Shown here: positions 26,801 through 38,598 of the stretch, piece after piece
Numbering within the stretch: the first letter of the stretch is position 1
Layout of the letters: every line of letters starts with the position of its first letter
DNA from: the human T2T-CHM13v2.0 reference genome, Homo sapiens
Reading direction: 5' to 3' (one strand)
Length of the DNA: 64,000 bases
Assembly: GCF_009914755.1 (NCBI RefSeq)
Contig: NC_060942.1
Notes under the pieces: model-generated
Database searches by the model: none
What the model was told of the DNA's origin: nothing
Seen by the model: only the letters and a program-made list of their open reading frames with translations
Program-made: the position numbers and the translations under genes

Positions 26801-29800
26801 ACGCTCTTTTTGTGGAATCTCCAAGTGGATATTTGGCTAGTTTTGAGGATTTCGTTGGAAGCGGGAATTCATACAAATTGCAGACTGCAGCGTTCTGAGA
26901 AACACCTTTGTGATGTTTGTATTCAAGACACAGAGATGAACATTCCCTATCATAGAGCAGGTTGGAATCACTCCTTTTGTAGTATCTGGAAGTGGACATT
27001 TGGAGGGCTTTCAGGCCTATGTTGAAAAAGGAAATATCTTCCCATAACAACTAGACACAAGCATTCTCAGAAACTTGTTTGTGATGTGTGCCCTCTACTG
27101 ACAGAGTTGAACCTTTCTTTTCATAGAGCAGTTTTGAAACACTCTTTTTGTAGAATCCGCAAGAGGATATTTGCATAGCTTTGAGGATTTCGTGGGAAAC
27201 GGGATTGTCTTCAGGTAAAATCTAGACAGAAGCATTCTCAGAAACTTCTTTGGGATGTTTGCATTCAAGTCACAGAGTAGAACATTCCCTTTAGTAGAGC
27301 AGGTTTGAAACACTCTTTTTGTAGTATCTGGAAGTGGACATTTGGAGCGCTTTCAGGCCCATGTTGGAAAGGGAAATATCTTCCCGTAACAACTAGGCAG
27401 AAGCATTCTCAGAAACTTATTTGAGATGTGTGTACTCAACTAAGAGAATTGAACCACCGTTTTGAAGGAGCAGTTTTGAAACACTCTTTTTCTTGAATCT
27501 GCAAGAGTATATTTGCCTAGCCTTGAGGATTTCGTTGGAAACGGGATTGTCTTCAGATAAAATCTAGACAGAAGCATTCTCAGAAACTTCTTTGGGATGT
27601 TTGCATTCAAGTCACAGAGTAGAACATTCCCTTTGGTAGAGCAGGTTTGAAACACTCTTTTTTTAGTATATGGAAGTGGACATTTGGAGCGCTTTCAGGC
27701 CTACGTTGGAAAAGGAAATATCTTCCCATAACAACTAGACAGAAGCATTCTCAGAAACTAGTTTCTGATGTGTGTCCTCAACTAACACAGTTGTACATTT
27801 CTTTAGACAGAACAGTTTTGAAACACTCTTTTTGTGGAATCTGCAAGTGGATATTGGGCTAGATTTGAGGATTTCGTTGGAAACGGGATTACATATAAAA
27901 AGCAGTCAGCAGCATTCTCAGAAAGTTCTTTGTGATGATTGCATTCAAGTCACAGAATTGAACATTCCCTTTCACAGAGCAGGTTTGAAACACTCTTTTT
28001 GTAGTGTGTGTAAGTGGACATTTGGAGCGCTTTCCGGCCTAAGGTGAAAAAGGAAATATCTTCCCATAAAAACTAGACAGAAGCATTCTCAGAAACTTAC
28101 TCGTGATGTGTGTCCTCAACTAAAGGAGTAGAACCTTTCTATTCATAGAGAAGTTTTGAAACGCTCTTTTTGTGGAATCTCCAAGTGGATATTTGGCTAG
28201 TTTTGAGGATTTCGTTGGAAGCGGGAATTCATACAAATTGCAGACTGCAGCGTTCTGAGAAACATCTTTGTGATGTTTGTATTCAAGACACAGAGATGAA
28301 CATTCCCTATCATAGAGCAGGTTGGAATCACTCCTTTTGTAGTATCTGGAAGTGGACATTTGGAGCGCTTTCAGGCCTATGTTGAAAAAGGAAATATCTT
28401 CCCATAACAACTAGACACAAGCATTCTCAGAAACTTGTTTGTGATGTGTGCCCTCTACTGACAGAGTTGAACCTTTCTTTTCATAGAGCAGTTTTGAAAC
28501 ACTCTTTTTGTAGAATCCGCAAGAGGATATTTGCATAGCTTTGAGGATTTCGGGGGAAACGGGATTGTCTTCAGGTAAAATCTAGACAGAAGCATTCTCA
28601 GAAACTTCTTTGGGATGTTTGCATTCAAGTCACAGAGTAGAACATTCCCTTTGGTAGAGCAGGTTTGAAACACTCTTTTTGTAGTATCTGGAAGTGGACA
28701 TTTGGAGCACTTTCAGGCCCATGTTGGAAAGGGAAATATCTTCCCGTAACAACTAGGCAGAAGCATTCTCAGAAACTTATTTGAGATGTGTGTACTCAAC
28801 TAAGAGAATTGAACCACCGTTTTGAAGGAGCAGTTTTGAAACACTCTTTTTCTGGAATCTGCAAGAGTATATTTGCCTAGCCTTGACGATTTCGTTGGAA
28901 ACGGGATTGTCTTCAGATAAAATCTAGACAGAAGCATTCTCAGAAACTTCTTTGGGATGTTTGCATTCAAGTCACAGAGTAGAACATTCCCTTTGGTAGA
29001 GCAGGTTTGAAACACTCTTTTTTTAGTATATGGAAGGACATTTGGAGCGCTTTCAGGCCTACGTTGGAAAAGGAAATCTCTTCCCATAACAACTAGACAG
29101 AAGCATTCTCAGAAACTACTTTCTGATATGTGTCCTCAACTAACACAGTTGAACTTTTCTTTAGACAGAACAGTTTTGAAACACTCTTTTTGTGGAATCT
29201 GCAAGTGGATATTGGGCTAGATTTGAGGATTTCGTTGGAAACGGGATTACATATAAAAAGCAGACAGCAGCATTCTCAGAAAGTTCTTTGTGATGATTGC
29301 ATTCAAGTCACAGAATTGAACATTCCCTTTCACAGAGCAGGTTTGAAACACTCTTTTTGTAGTGTGTGTAAGTGGACATTTGGAGCGCTTTCCGGCCTAA
29401 GGTGAAAAAGGACATATCTTCCCATAAAAACTAGACAGAAGCATTCTCAGAAACTTACTCGTGATGTGTGTCCTCAACTAAAGGAGTAGAACCTTTCTAT
29501 TCATAGAGAAGTTTTGAAACGCTCTTTTTGTGGAATCTCCAAGTGGATATTTGGCTAGTTTTGAGGATTTCGTTGGAAGCGGGAATTCATACAAATTGCA
29601 GACTGCAGCGTTCTGAGAAACATCTTTGTGATGTTTGTATTCAAGACACAGAGATGAACATTCCCTATCATAGAGCAGGTTGGAATCACTCCTTTTGTAG
29701 TATCTGGAAGTGGACATTTGGAGCGCTTTCAGGCCTATGTTGAAAAAGGAAATATCTTCCCATAACAACTAGACACAAGCATTCTCAGAAACTTGTTTGT

Positions 29801-30459
29801 GATGTGTGCCCTCTACTGACAGAGTTGAACCTTTCTTTTCATAGAGCAGTTTTGAAACACTCTTTTTGTAGAATCCGCAAGAGGATATTTGCATAGCTTT
29901 GAGGATTTCGTGGGAAACGGGATTGTCTTCAGGTAAAATCTAGACAGAAGCATTCTCAGAAACTTCTTTGGGATGTTTGCATTCAAGTCACAGAGTAGAA
30001 CATTCCCTTTGGTAGAGCAGGTTTGAAACACTCTTTTTGTAGTATCTGGAAGTGGACATTTGGAGCGCTTTCAGGCCTATGTTGGAAAGGGAAATATCTT
30101 CCCATAACAACTAGACAGAAGCATTCTCAGAAACTAGTTTCTGATGTGTGTCCTCAACTAACACAGTTGAACATTTCTTTAGACAGAACAGTTTTGAAAC
30201 ACTGTTTTTGTGGAATCTGCAAGTGGATATTTGGCTAGATTTGAGGATTTCGTTGGAAACGGGATTACATATAAAAAACAGTCAGCAGCATTCTAAGAAA
30301 GTTCTTTGTGATGATTGCATTCAAGTCACAGAATTGAACATTCCCTTTCACAGAGCAGGTTTGAAACAATCTTTTTGTAGTGTGTGTAAGTGGACATTTG
30401 GAGCGCTTTCTGGCCTAAGGTGAAAAAGGAAATATCTTCCCATAAAAACTAGACAGAAG

Positions 30460-33400
30460 AATTCTCAGAAACTTACTCGTGATGTGTGTCCTCAACTAAA
30501 GGAGTAGAACCTTTCTTTTCATAGAGAAGTTTTGAAACGCTCTTTTTGTGGAATCTGCAAGTGGATATTTGGCTAGTTTTGAGGATTTCGTTGGAAGCGG
30601 GAATTCATACAAATTGCAGACTGCAGCGTTCTGAGAAACATCTTTGTGATGTTTGTATTCAGGACACAGAGTTGAACATTCCCTATCATAGACCAGGTTT
30701 GAATCACTCCTTTTGTAGTATCTGGAAGTGGACATTTGGAGCGCTTTCAGGCCTATGTTAGAAAAGGAAATATCTTCCCATAACAACTAGACAGAAGCAT
30801 TCTCAGAAACTTATTTGAGATGTGTGTACTCAACTAAGAGAATTGAACCACCGTTTTGAAGGAGCAGTTTTGAAACACTCTTTTTCTGGAATCTGCAAGT
30901 GGATATTTGGCTAGCTTTGGGGATTTCGCTGGAAGCGGGAATACATATAAAAAGCACACAGCAGCGTTCTGAGAAACTGTTTTCTGATGTTTGCATTCAA
31001 GTCAAAAGTTGAACACTCCCTTTCATAGAGCAGTCTTGAAACACCCCTTTTGTAGTATCTGGAACTGGACATTTGGAGCGCTTTCAGGGCTAAGGTGAAA
31101 AAGGAAATATCTTCCCATAAAAACTGGACAGAAGCATTCTCAGAAACTTGTTTATGCTGTATCTACTCCACTAACAAAGTTGAACCTTTCCTTTGATAGA
31201 GCAGTTTTGAAATGCTCTTTTTGTGGAATCTGCAAGTGGATATTTGGCTAGTTTTGAGGATTTCGTTGGAAGCTGGAATTCATACAAATTGCAGACTGCA
31301 GCGTTCTGAGAAACATCTTTGTGATGTTTGTATTCAGGACACAGAGATGAACATTCCCTATCATAGAGCAGGTTGGAATCACTCTTTTTGTAGTATCTGG
31401 AAGTGGACATTTGGAGCGTTTTCAGGCCTATGTTGAAAAAGGAAATATCTTCCCATAACAACTAGACACAAGCATTCTCAGAAACTTGTTTGTGATGTGT
31501 GCCCTCTACTGACAGAGTTGAACCTTTCTTTTCATAGAGCAGTTTCGAAACACTCTTTTTGTAGAATCTGCAAGAGGATATTTGCATAGATTTGAGGATT
31601 TCGTGGGAAACGGGATTGTCTTCAGGTAAAATCTAGACGGAAGCATTCTCAGGAACTTCTTCGGGATGTTTGCATTCAAGTCACAGAGTAGAACATTCCC
31701 TTCGGTAGAGCAGGTTTGAAACACTCTTTTTGTAGTATCTGGAAGTGGACATTTGGAGCGCTTTCAGGCCTATGTTGGAAAGGGAAATTTCTTCCTGTAA
31801 CAACTAGGCAGAAGCATTCTCAGAAACTTATTTGAGATGTGTGTACTCAACTAAGAGAATTGAACCATCCTTTTGAAGGAGTAGTTTTGAAACACTCTTT
31901 TTCTGGAATCTGCAAGAGAATATTTGCATAGCTTTGAGGATTTCGTTGGAAACGGGATTGTCTTCAGATAAAATCTAGACAGAAGCATTCTCAGAAACTT
32001 CTTTGGGATGTTTGCATTCAAGTCACAGAGTAGAACATTCCCTTTGGTAGAGCAGGTTTGAAACACTCTTTTTTTAGTATATGGAAGTGGACATTTGGAG
32101 CGCTTTCAGGCCTACGTTGGAAAAGGAAATATCTTCCCATAACAACTAGACAGAAGCATTCTCAGAAACTAGTTTCTGATGTGTGTCCTCAACTAACACA
32201 GTTGAACATTTCTTTTGACAGAACAGTTTTGAAACACTCTTTTTGTGGATTCTGCAAGTGGATATTTGGCTAGAGTTGAGGATTTCGTTGGAAACGGGAT
32301 TACATATAAAAAGCAGACAGCAGCATTCTCAGAAACTTCTTTGTGATGATTGCATTCCAGTCACAGAATTGAACATTCCCTTTCATAGAGCAGGTTTGAA
32401 ACACTCTTTTTGTAGTGTCTGTAAGTGGACATTTGGAGCGCTTTCCGGCCTCAGGTGAAAAAGGAAATATCTTCCCATAAAAACTAGACAGAAGCATTCT
32501 CAGAAACTTACTCGTGATGTGTGTCCTCAACTAAAGGGGTAGAACCTTTCTTTTGATAGAGCAGTTTTGAAACACTCTTTTTGTAGAATCTGCAAGTGGA
32601 TATTTCGATAGCTTTGTGGATTTCGTTGGAAACGGGAATATCTTCATATAAAATCTAGAGAGAAGTATTATCAGAAACTTCCTTGTGATGGTTGTATTCA
32701 AGTCACAGAGTTGAACATTCGCTTTCATAGAGCATGTTTGAAACACTCTTTTTCCATTACCTGGAACTGGACATTTGGAGCGCTTTGAGGCCTATGGTGA
32801 AAAAGGAAATATCTTCCCAAAAAAACTAGACAGAAGCATTCTCAGAAACTTATTTGTGATGTGTGTCCTCAACTGAGAGAGTTGAACATTTCTTTTGAGA
32901 GAGCAGTTTTGAAACAGTCTTTTTGTGGAATCTGCAAGTGGATATTTGGCTGACTTTGAGGATTTCGTTGGAAACGGGAATACATATACAAAGCAGACAG
33001 CAGCGTTCTGAGAAATTTCTTGGTGATGTTTGCATTCAAGTCACAGAATTGAACATTCCCTTTGATAGAACAGGTTTGAAACACTCCTTTTCTCATATCT
33101 GGAAGTGTCCATTTGGAGCGCATTCAGGCTTGTGTTGAAAAAGGAAATATCTTCCCATAAAAACTAGACAGAAGCATTCTCAGAATCTTATTTGAGATGT
33201 GTGTACTCAACTAAGAGAGTTGAACCACCGTTTTGAAGGAGCAGTTTTGAAACACTCTTTTTCTGGAATCTGCAAGTGGATATTTGGCTAGATTTGGGGA
33301 TTTCGCTGGAAGCGGGAATACATATAAAAAGCACACAGAAGCTTTCTGAGAAACTGCTTTCTGATGTTTGCATTCAAGTCAAAAGTTGAACACTCCCTTT

Positions 33401-36400
33401 CATAGAGCAGGCTTGAAACATCCTTTTTGTAGTATCTGGAAGTGGACATTTGGAGCGCTTTCAGGGCTAAGGTGAAAAAGGAAATATCTTCCCATAAAAA
33501 CTGGACAGAAGCATTCTCAGAAACTTACTCGTGATGTGTGTACTCAACTAAAGGAGTAGAAACTTTCTTTTCATAGAGAAGTTTTGAAACGCTCTTTTTG
33601 TGGAATCTGCAAGTGGATAGTTGGCTAGTTTTGAGGATTTCGTTGGAAGCGGGAATTCATACAAATTGCAGACTGCAGCGTTCTGAGAAACATCTTTGTG
33701 ATGTTTGTATTCAGGACACAGAGTTGAACATTCCCTATCATAGAGCAGGTTTGAATCACTCATTTTGTAGTATCTGGAAGTGGACATTTGGAGCGCTTTC
33801 AGGCCTATGTTGGAAAAGGAAATATCTTCCCATAACAACTAGACAGAAGCATTCTCAGAAACTTATTTGAGATGTGTGTACTCAACTAAGAGAATTGAAC
33901 CACCGTTTTGAAGGAGCAGTTTTGAAACACTCTTTTTCTGGAATCTGCAAGTGGATATTTGGCTAGCTTTGGGGATTTCGCTGGAAGCGGGAATACATAT
34001 AAAAAGCACACAGCAGCGTTCTGAGAAACTGTTTTCTGATGTTTGCATTCAAGTCAAAAGTTGAACACTCCCTTTCATAGAGCAGTCTTGAAACACCCCT
34101 TTTGTAGTATCTGGAACTGGACATTTGGAGCGCTTTCAGGGCTAAGGTGAAAAAGGAAATATCTTCCCATAAAAACTGGACAGAAGCATTCTCAGAAACT
34201 TGTTTATGCTGTATCTACTCCACTAACAAAGTTGAACCTTTCTTTTGATAGAGCAGTTTTGAAATGCTCCTTTTGTGGAATCTGCAAGTGGATATTTGGC
34301 TAGTTTTGAGGATTTCGTTGGAAGCTGGAATTCATACAAATTGCAGACTGCAGCGTTCTGAGAAACATCTTTGTGATGTTTGTATTCAGGACACAGAGAT
34401 GAACATTCCCTATCATAGAGCAGGTTGGAATCACTCTTTTTGTAGTATCTGGAAGTGGACATTTGGAGCGTTTTCAGGCCTATGTTGAAAAAGGAAATAT
34501 CTTCCCATAACAACTAGACACAAGCATTCTCAGAAACTTGTTTGTGATGTGTGCCCTCTACTGACAGAGTTGAACCTTTCTTTTCATAGAGCAGTTTCGA
34601 AACACTCTTTTTGTAGAATCTGCAAGAGGATATTTGCATAGATTTGAGGATTTCGTGGGAAACGGGATTGTCTTCAGGTAAAATCTAGACAGAAGCATTC
34701 TCAGGAACTTCTTCGGGATGTTTGCATTCAAGTCACAGAGTAGAACATTCCCTTCGGTAGAGCAGGTTTGAAACACTCTTTTTGTAGTATCTGGAAGTGG
34801 ACATTTGGAGCGCTTTCAGGCCTATGTTGGAAAGGGAAATTTCTTCCTGTAACAACTAGGCAGAAGCATTCTCAGAAACTTATTTGAGATGTGTGTACTC
34901 AACTAAGAGAATTGAACCATCGTTTTGAAGGAGTAGTTTTGAAACACTCTTTTTCTGGAATCTGCAAGAGAATATTTGCATAGCTTTGAGGATTTCGTTG
35001 GAAACGGGATTGTCTTCAGATAAAATCTAGACAGAAGCATTCTCAGAAACTTCTTTGGGATGTTTGCATTCAAGTCACAGAGTAGAACATTCCCTTTGGT
35101 AGAGCAGGTTTGAAACACTCTTTTTTTAGTATATGGAAGTGGACATTTGGAGCGCTTTCAGGCCTACGTTGGAAAAGGAAATATCTTCCCATAACAAATA
35201 GACAGAAGCATTCTCAGAAACTAGTTTCTGATGTGTGTCCTCAACTAACACAGTTGAACATTTCTTTTGACAGAACAGTTTTGAAACACTCTTTTTGTGG
35301 ATTCTGCAAGTGGATATTTGGCTAGAGTTGCGGTTTTCGTTGGAAACGGGATTACATATAAAAAGCAGACAGCAGCATACTCAGAAACTTCTTTGTGATG
35401 ATTGCATTCCAGTCACAGAATTGAACATTCCCTTTCATAGAGCAGGTTTGAAACACTCTTTTTGTAGTGTCTGTAAGTGGACATTTGGAGCGCTTTCCGG
35501 CCTCAGGTGAAAAAGGAAATATCTTCCCATAAAAACTAGACAGAAGCATTCTCAGAAACTTACTCGTGATGTGTGTCCTCAACTAAAGTGGTAGAACCTT
35601 TCTTTTGATAGAGCAGTTTTGAAACACTCTTTTTGTAGAATCTGCAAGTGGATATTTCGATAGCTTTGTGGATTTCGTTGGAAACGGGAATATCTTCATA
35701 TAAAATCTAGAGAGAAGTATTATCAGAAACTTCCTTGTAATGGTTGTATTCAAGTCACAGAGTTGAACATTCGCTTTCATAGAGCATGTTTGAAACACTC
35801 TTTTTCCATTACCTGGAACTGGACATTTGGAGCGCTTTGAGGCCTATGGTGAAAAAGGAAATATCTTCCCAAAAAAACTAGACAGAAGCATTCTCAGAAA
35901 CTTATTTGTGATGTGTGTCCTCAACTGAGAGAGTTGAACATTTCTTTTGAGAGAGCAGTTTTGAAACAGTCTTTTTGTGGAATCTGCAAGTGGATATTTG
36001 GCTGGCTTTGAGGATTTCGTTGGAAACGGGAATACATATACAAAGCAGACAGCAGCGTTCTGAGAAATTTCTTGGTGATGTTTGCATTCAAGTCACAGAA
36101 TTGAACATTCCCTTTGATAGAACAGGTTTGAAACACTCCTTTTCTCATATCTGGAAGTGTCCATTTGGAGCGCATTCAGGCTTGTGTTGAAAAAGGAAAT
36201 ATCTTCCCATAAAAACTAGACAGAAGCATTCTCAGAATCTTATTTGAGATGTGTGTACTCAACTAAGAGAATTGAACCACCGTTTTGAAGGAGCAGTTTT
36301 GAAACACTCTTTTTCTGGAATCTGCAAGTGGATATTTGGCTAGATTTGGGGATTTCGCTGGAAGCGGGAATACATATAAAAAGCACACAGCAGCTTTCTG

Positions 36401-38598
36401 AGAAACTGCTTTCTGATGTTTGCATTCAAGTCAAAAGTTGAACACTCCCTTTCATAGAGCAGGCTTGAAACATCCTTTTTGTAGTATCTGGAAGTGGACA
36501 TTTGGAGCGCTTTCAGGGCTAAGGTGAAAAAGGAAATATCTTCCCATAAAAACTGGACAGAAGCATTCTCAGAAACTTACTCGTGATGTGTGTACTCAAC
36601 TAAACGAGTAGAAACTTTCTTTTCATAGAGAAGTTTTGAAACGCTCTTTTTGTGGAATCTGCAAGTGGATAGTTGGCTAGTTTTGAGGATTTCGTTGGAA
36701 GCGGGAATTCATACAAATTGCAGACTGCAGCGTTCTGAGAAACATCTTTGTGATGTTTGTATTCAGGACACAGAGTTGAACATTCCCTATCATAGAGCAG
36801 GTTGGAATCACTCCTTTTGTAGTATCTGGAAGTGGACATTTGGAGCGCTTTCAGGCCTATGTTGGAAAAGGAAATATCTTCCCATTACAACTAGACAGAA
36901 GCATTCTCAGAAACTTATTTGAGATGTGTGTACTCAACTAAGAGAACTGAACCACCGTTTTGAAGGAGCAGTTTTGAAACACTCTTTTTCTGGAATCTGC
37001 AAGTGGATATTTGGCTAGCTTTGGGGATTTCGCTGGAAGCGGGAATACATATAAAAAGCACACAGCAGCGTTCTGAGAAACTGTTTTCTGATGTTTGCAT
37101 TCAAGTCAAAAGTTGAACACTCCCTTTCATAGAGCAGTCTTGAAACACCCCTTTTGTAGTATCTGGAACTGGACATTTGGAGCGCTTTCAGGGCTAAGGT
37201 GAAAAAGGAAATATCTTCCCATAAAAACTGGACAGAAGCATTCTCAGAAACTTGTTTATGCTGTATCTACTCTACTAACAAAGTTGAACCTTTCTTTTGA
37301 TAGAGCAGTTTTGAAATGCTCTTTTTGTGGAATCTGCAAGTGGATATTTGGCTAGTTTTGAGGATTTCGGTTGAAGCTGGAATTCATACAAATTGCAGAC
37401 TGCAGCGTTCTGAGAAACATCTTTGTGATGTTTGTATTCAGGACACAGAGATGATCATTCCCTATCATAGAGCAGGTTGGAATCAGTCCTTTTGTAGTAT
37501 CTCGAAGTGGACATTTGGAGCGCTTTCAGGCCTATGTTGAAAAAGGAAATATCTTCCCATAACAACTAGACACAAGCATTCTCAGAAACTTGTTTGTGAT
37601 GTGTGCCCTCTACTGACAGAGTTGAACCTTTCTTTTCATAGAGCAGTTTCGAAACACTCTTTTTGTAGAATCTGCAAGAGGATATTTGCATAGATTTGAG
37701 GATTTCGTGGGAAAAGGGATTGTCTTCAGGTAAAATCTAGACAGAAGCACTCTCAGAGAGTTCTTTGGGATGTTTGCATTCAAGTCACAGAGTAGAACAT
37801 TCCCTTTGGTAGAGCAGGTTTGAAACACTCTTTTTGTAGTATCTGGAAGTGGACATTTGGAGTGCTTTCAGGCCCATGTTGGAAAGGGAAATATCTTCCC
37901 GTAACAACTAAGCAGAAGCATTCTCAGAAACTTATTTGAGATGTGTGTACTCAACTAAGAGAATTGAACCACCGTTTTGAAGGAGCAGTTTTCGAACACT
38001 CTTTTTCTGGAATCTGCAAGAGTATATTTGCCTAGCCTTGAGGATTTCGTTGGAAACGGGATTGTCTTCAGATCAAATCTAGACAGAAGCATTCTCAGAA
38101 ACTTCTTTGGGATGTTTGCATTCAAGTCAGAGAGTAGAACATTCCCTTTGGTAGAGCAGGTTTGAAACACTCTTTTTTTAGTATATGGAAGTGGACAATT
38201 TGAGCGCTTTCAGGCCTACGTTGGAAAAGGAAATATCTTCCCATTACAACTAGACAGAAGCATTCTCAGAAACTAGTTTCTGATGTGTGTCCTCAACTAA
38301 CACAGTTGAACATTTCTTTTGACACAACAGTTTTGAAACACTCTTTTTGTGGATTCTGCAAGTGGATATTTGGCTAGAGTTGAGGATTTCGTTGGAAACG
38401 GGATTACATATAAAAAGCAGACAGCAGCATTCTCAGAAACTTCATTGTGATGATTGCATCCCAGTCACAGAATTGAACATTCCCTTTCATAGAGCAGGTT
38501 TGAAACACTCTTTTTGTAGTGTCTGTAAGTGGACATTTGGAGCGCTTTCCGGTCTCAGGTGAACAGGGAAATATCTTCCCATAAAAACTAGACAGAAG
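30460..38598 (+). repeat. 18-monomer HOR (Q T U R S P V W T; 3052 bp), two full copies plus a partial third
   Basis: ORF spacing is 3052 bp (30496/33548/36600; 32531/35583; 32850/35902). Units start at 30460, 33512 and 36564. Contains dimers T, U, V and W, which are absent from the left domain. Confidence 0.9.

Larger units (their letters stand above)
1..30121 (+). repeat. 8-monomer higher-order repeat array (PQRS; 1358-1360 bp), ~22 copies, highly homogeneous
   Basis: Equivalent ORFs recur every 1358/1360 bp (3325, 4685, 6043 ... 28120, 29478). One EcoRI site per unit (first gaattc at 364-369). Domain-specific variants: ggatattgggct, ctttctattc, aatctccaag, aatccgcaag, ggcccatg, gtatatttgcctagcc. 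Confidence 0.96.
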
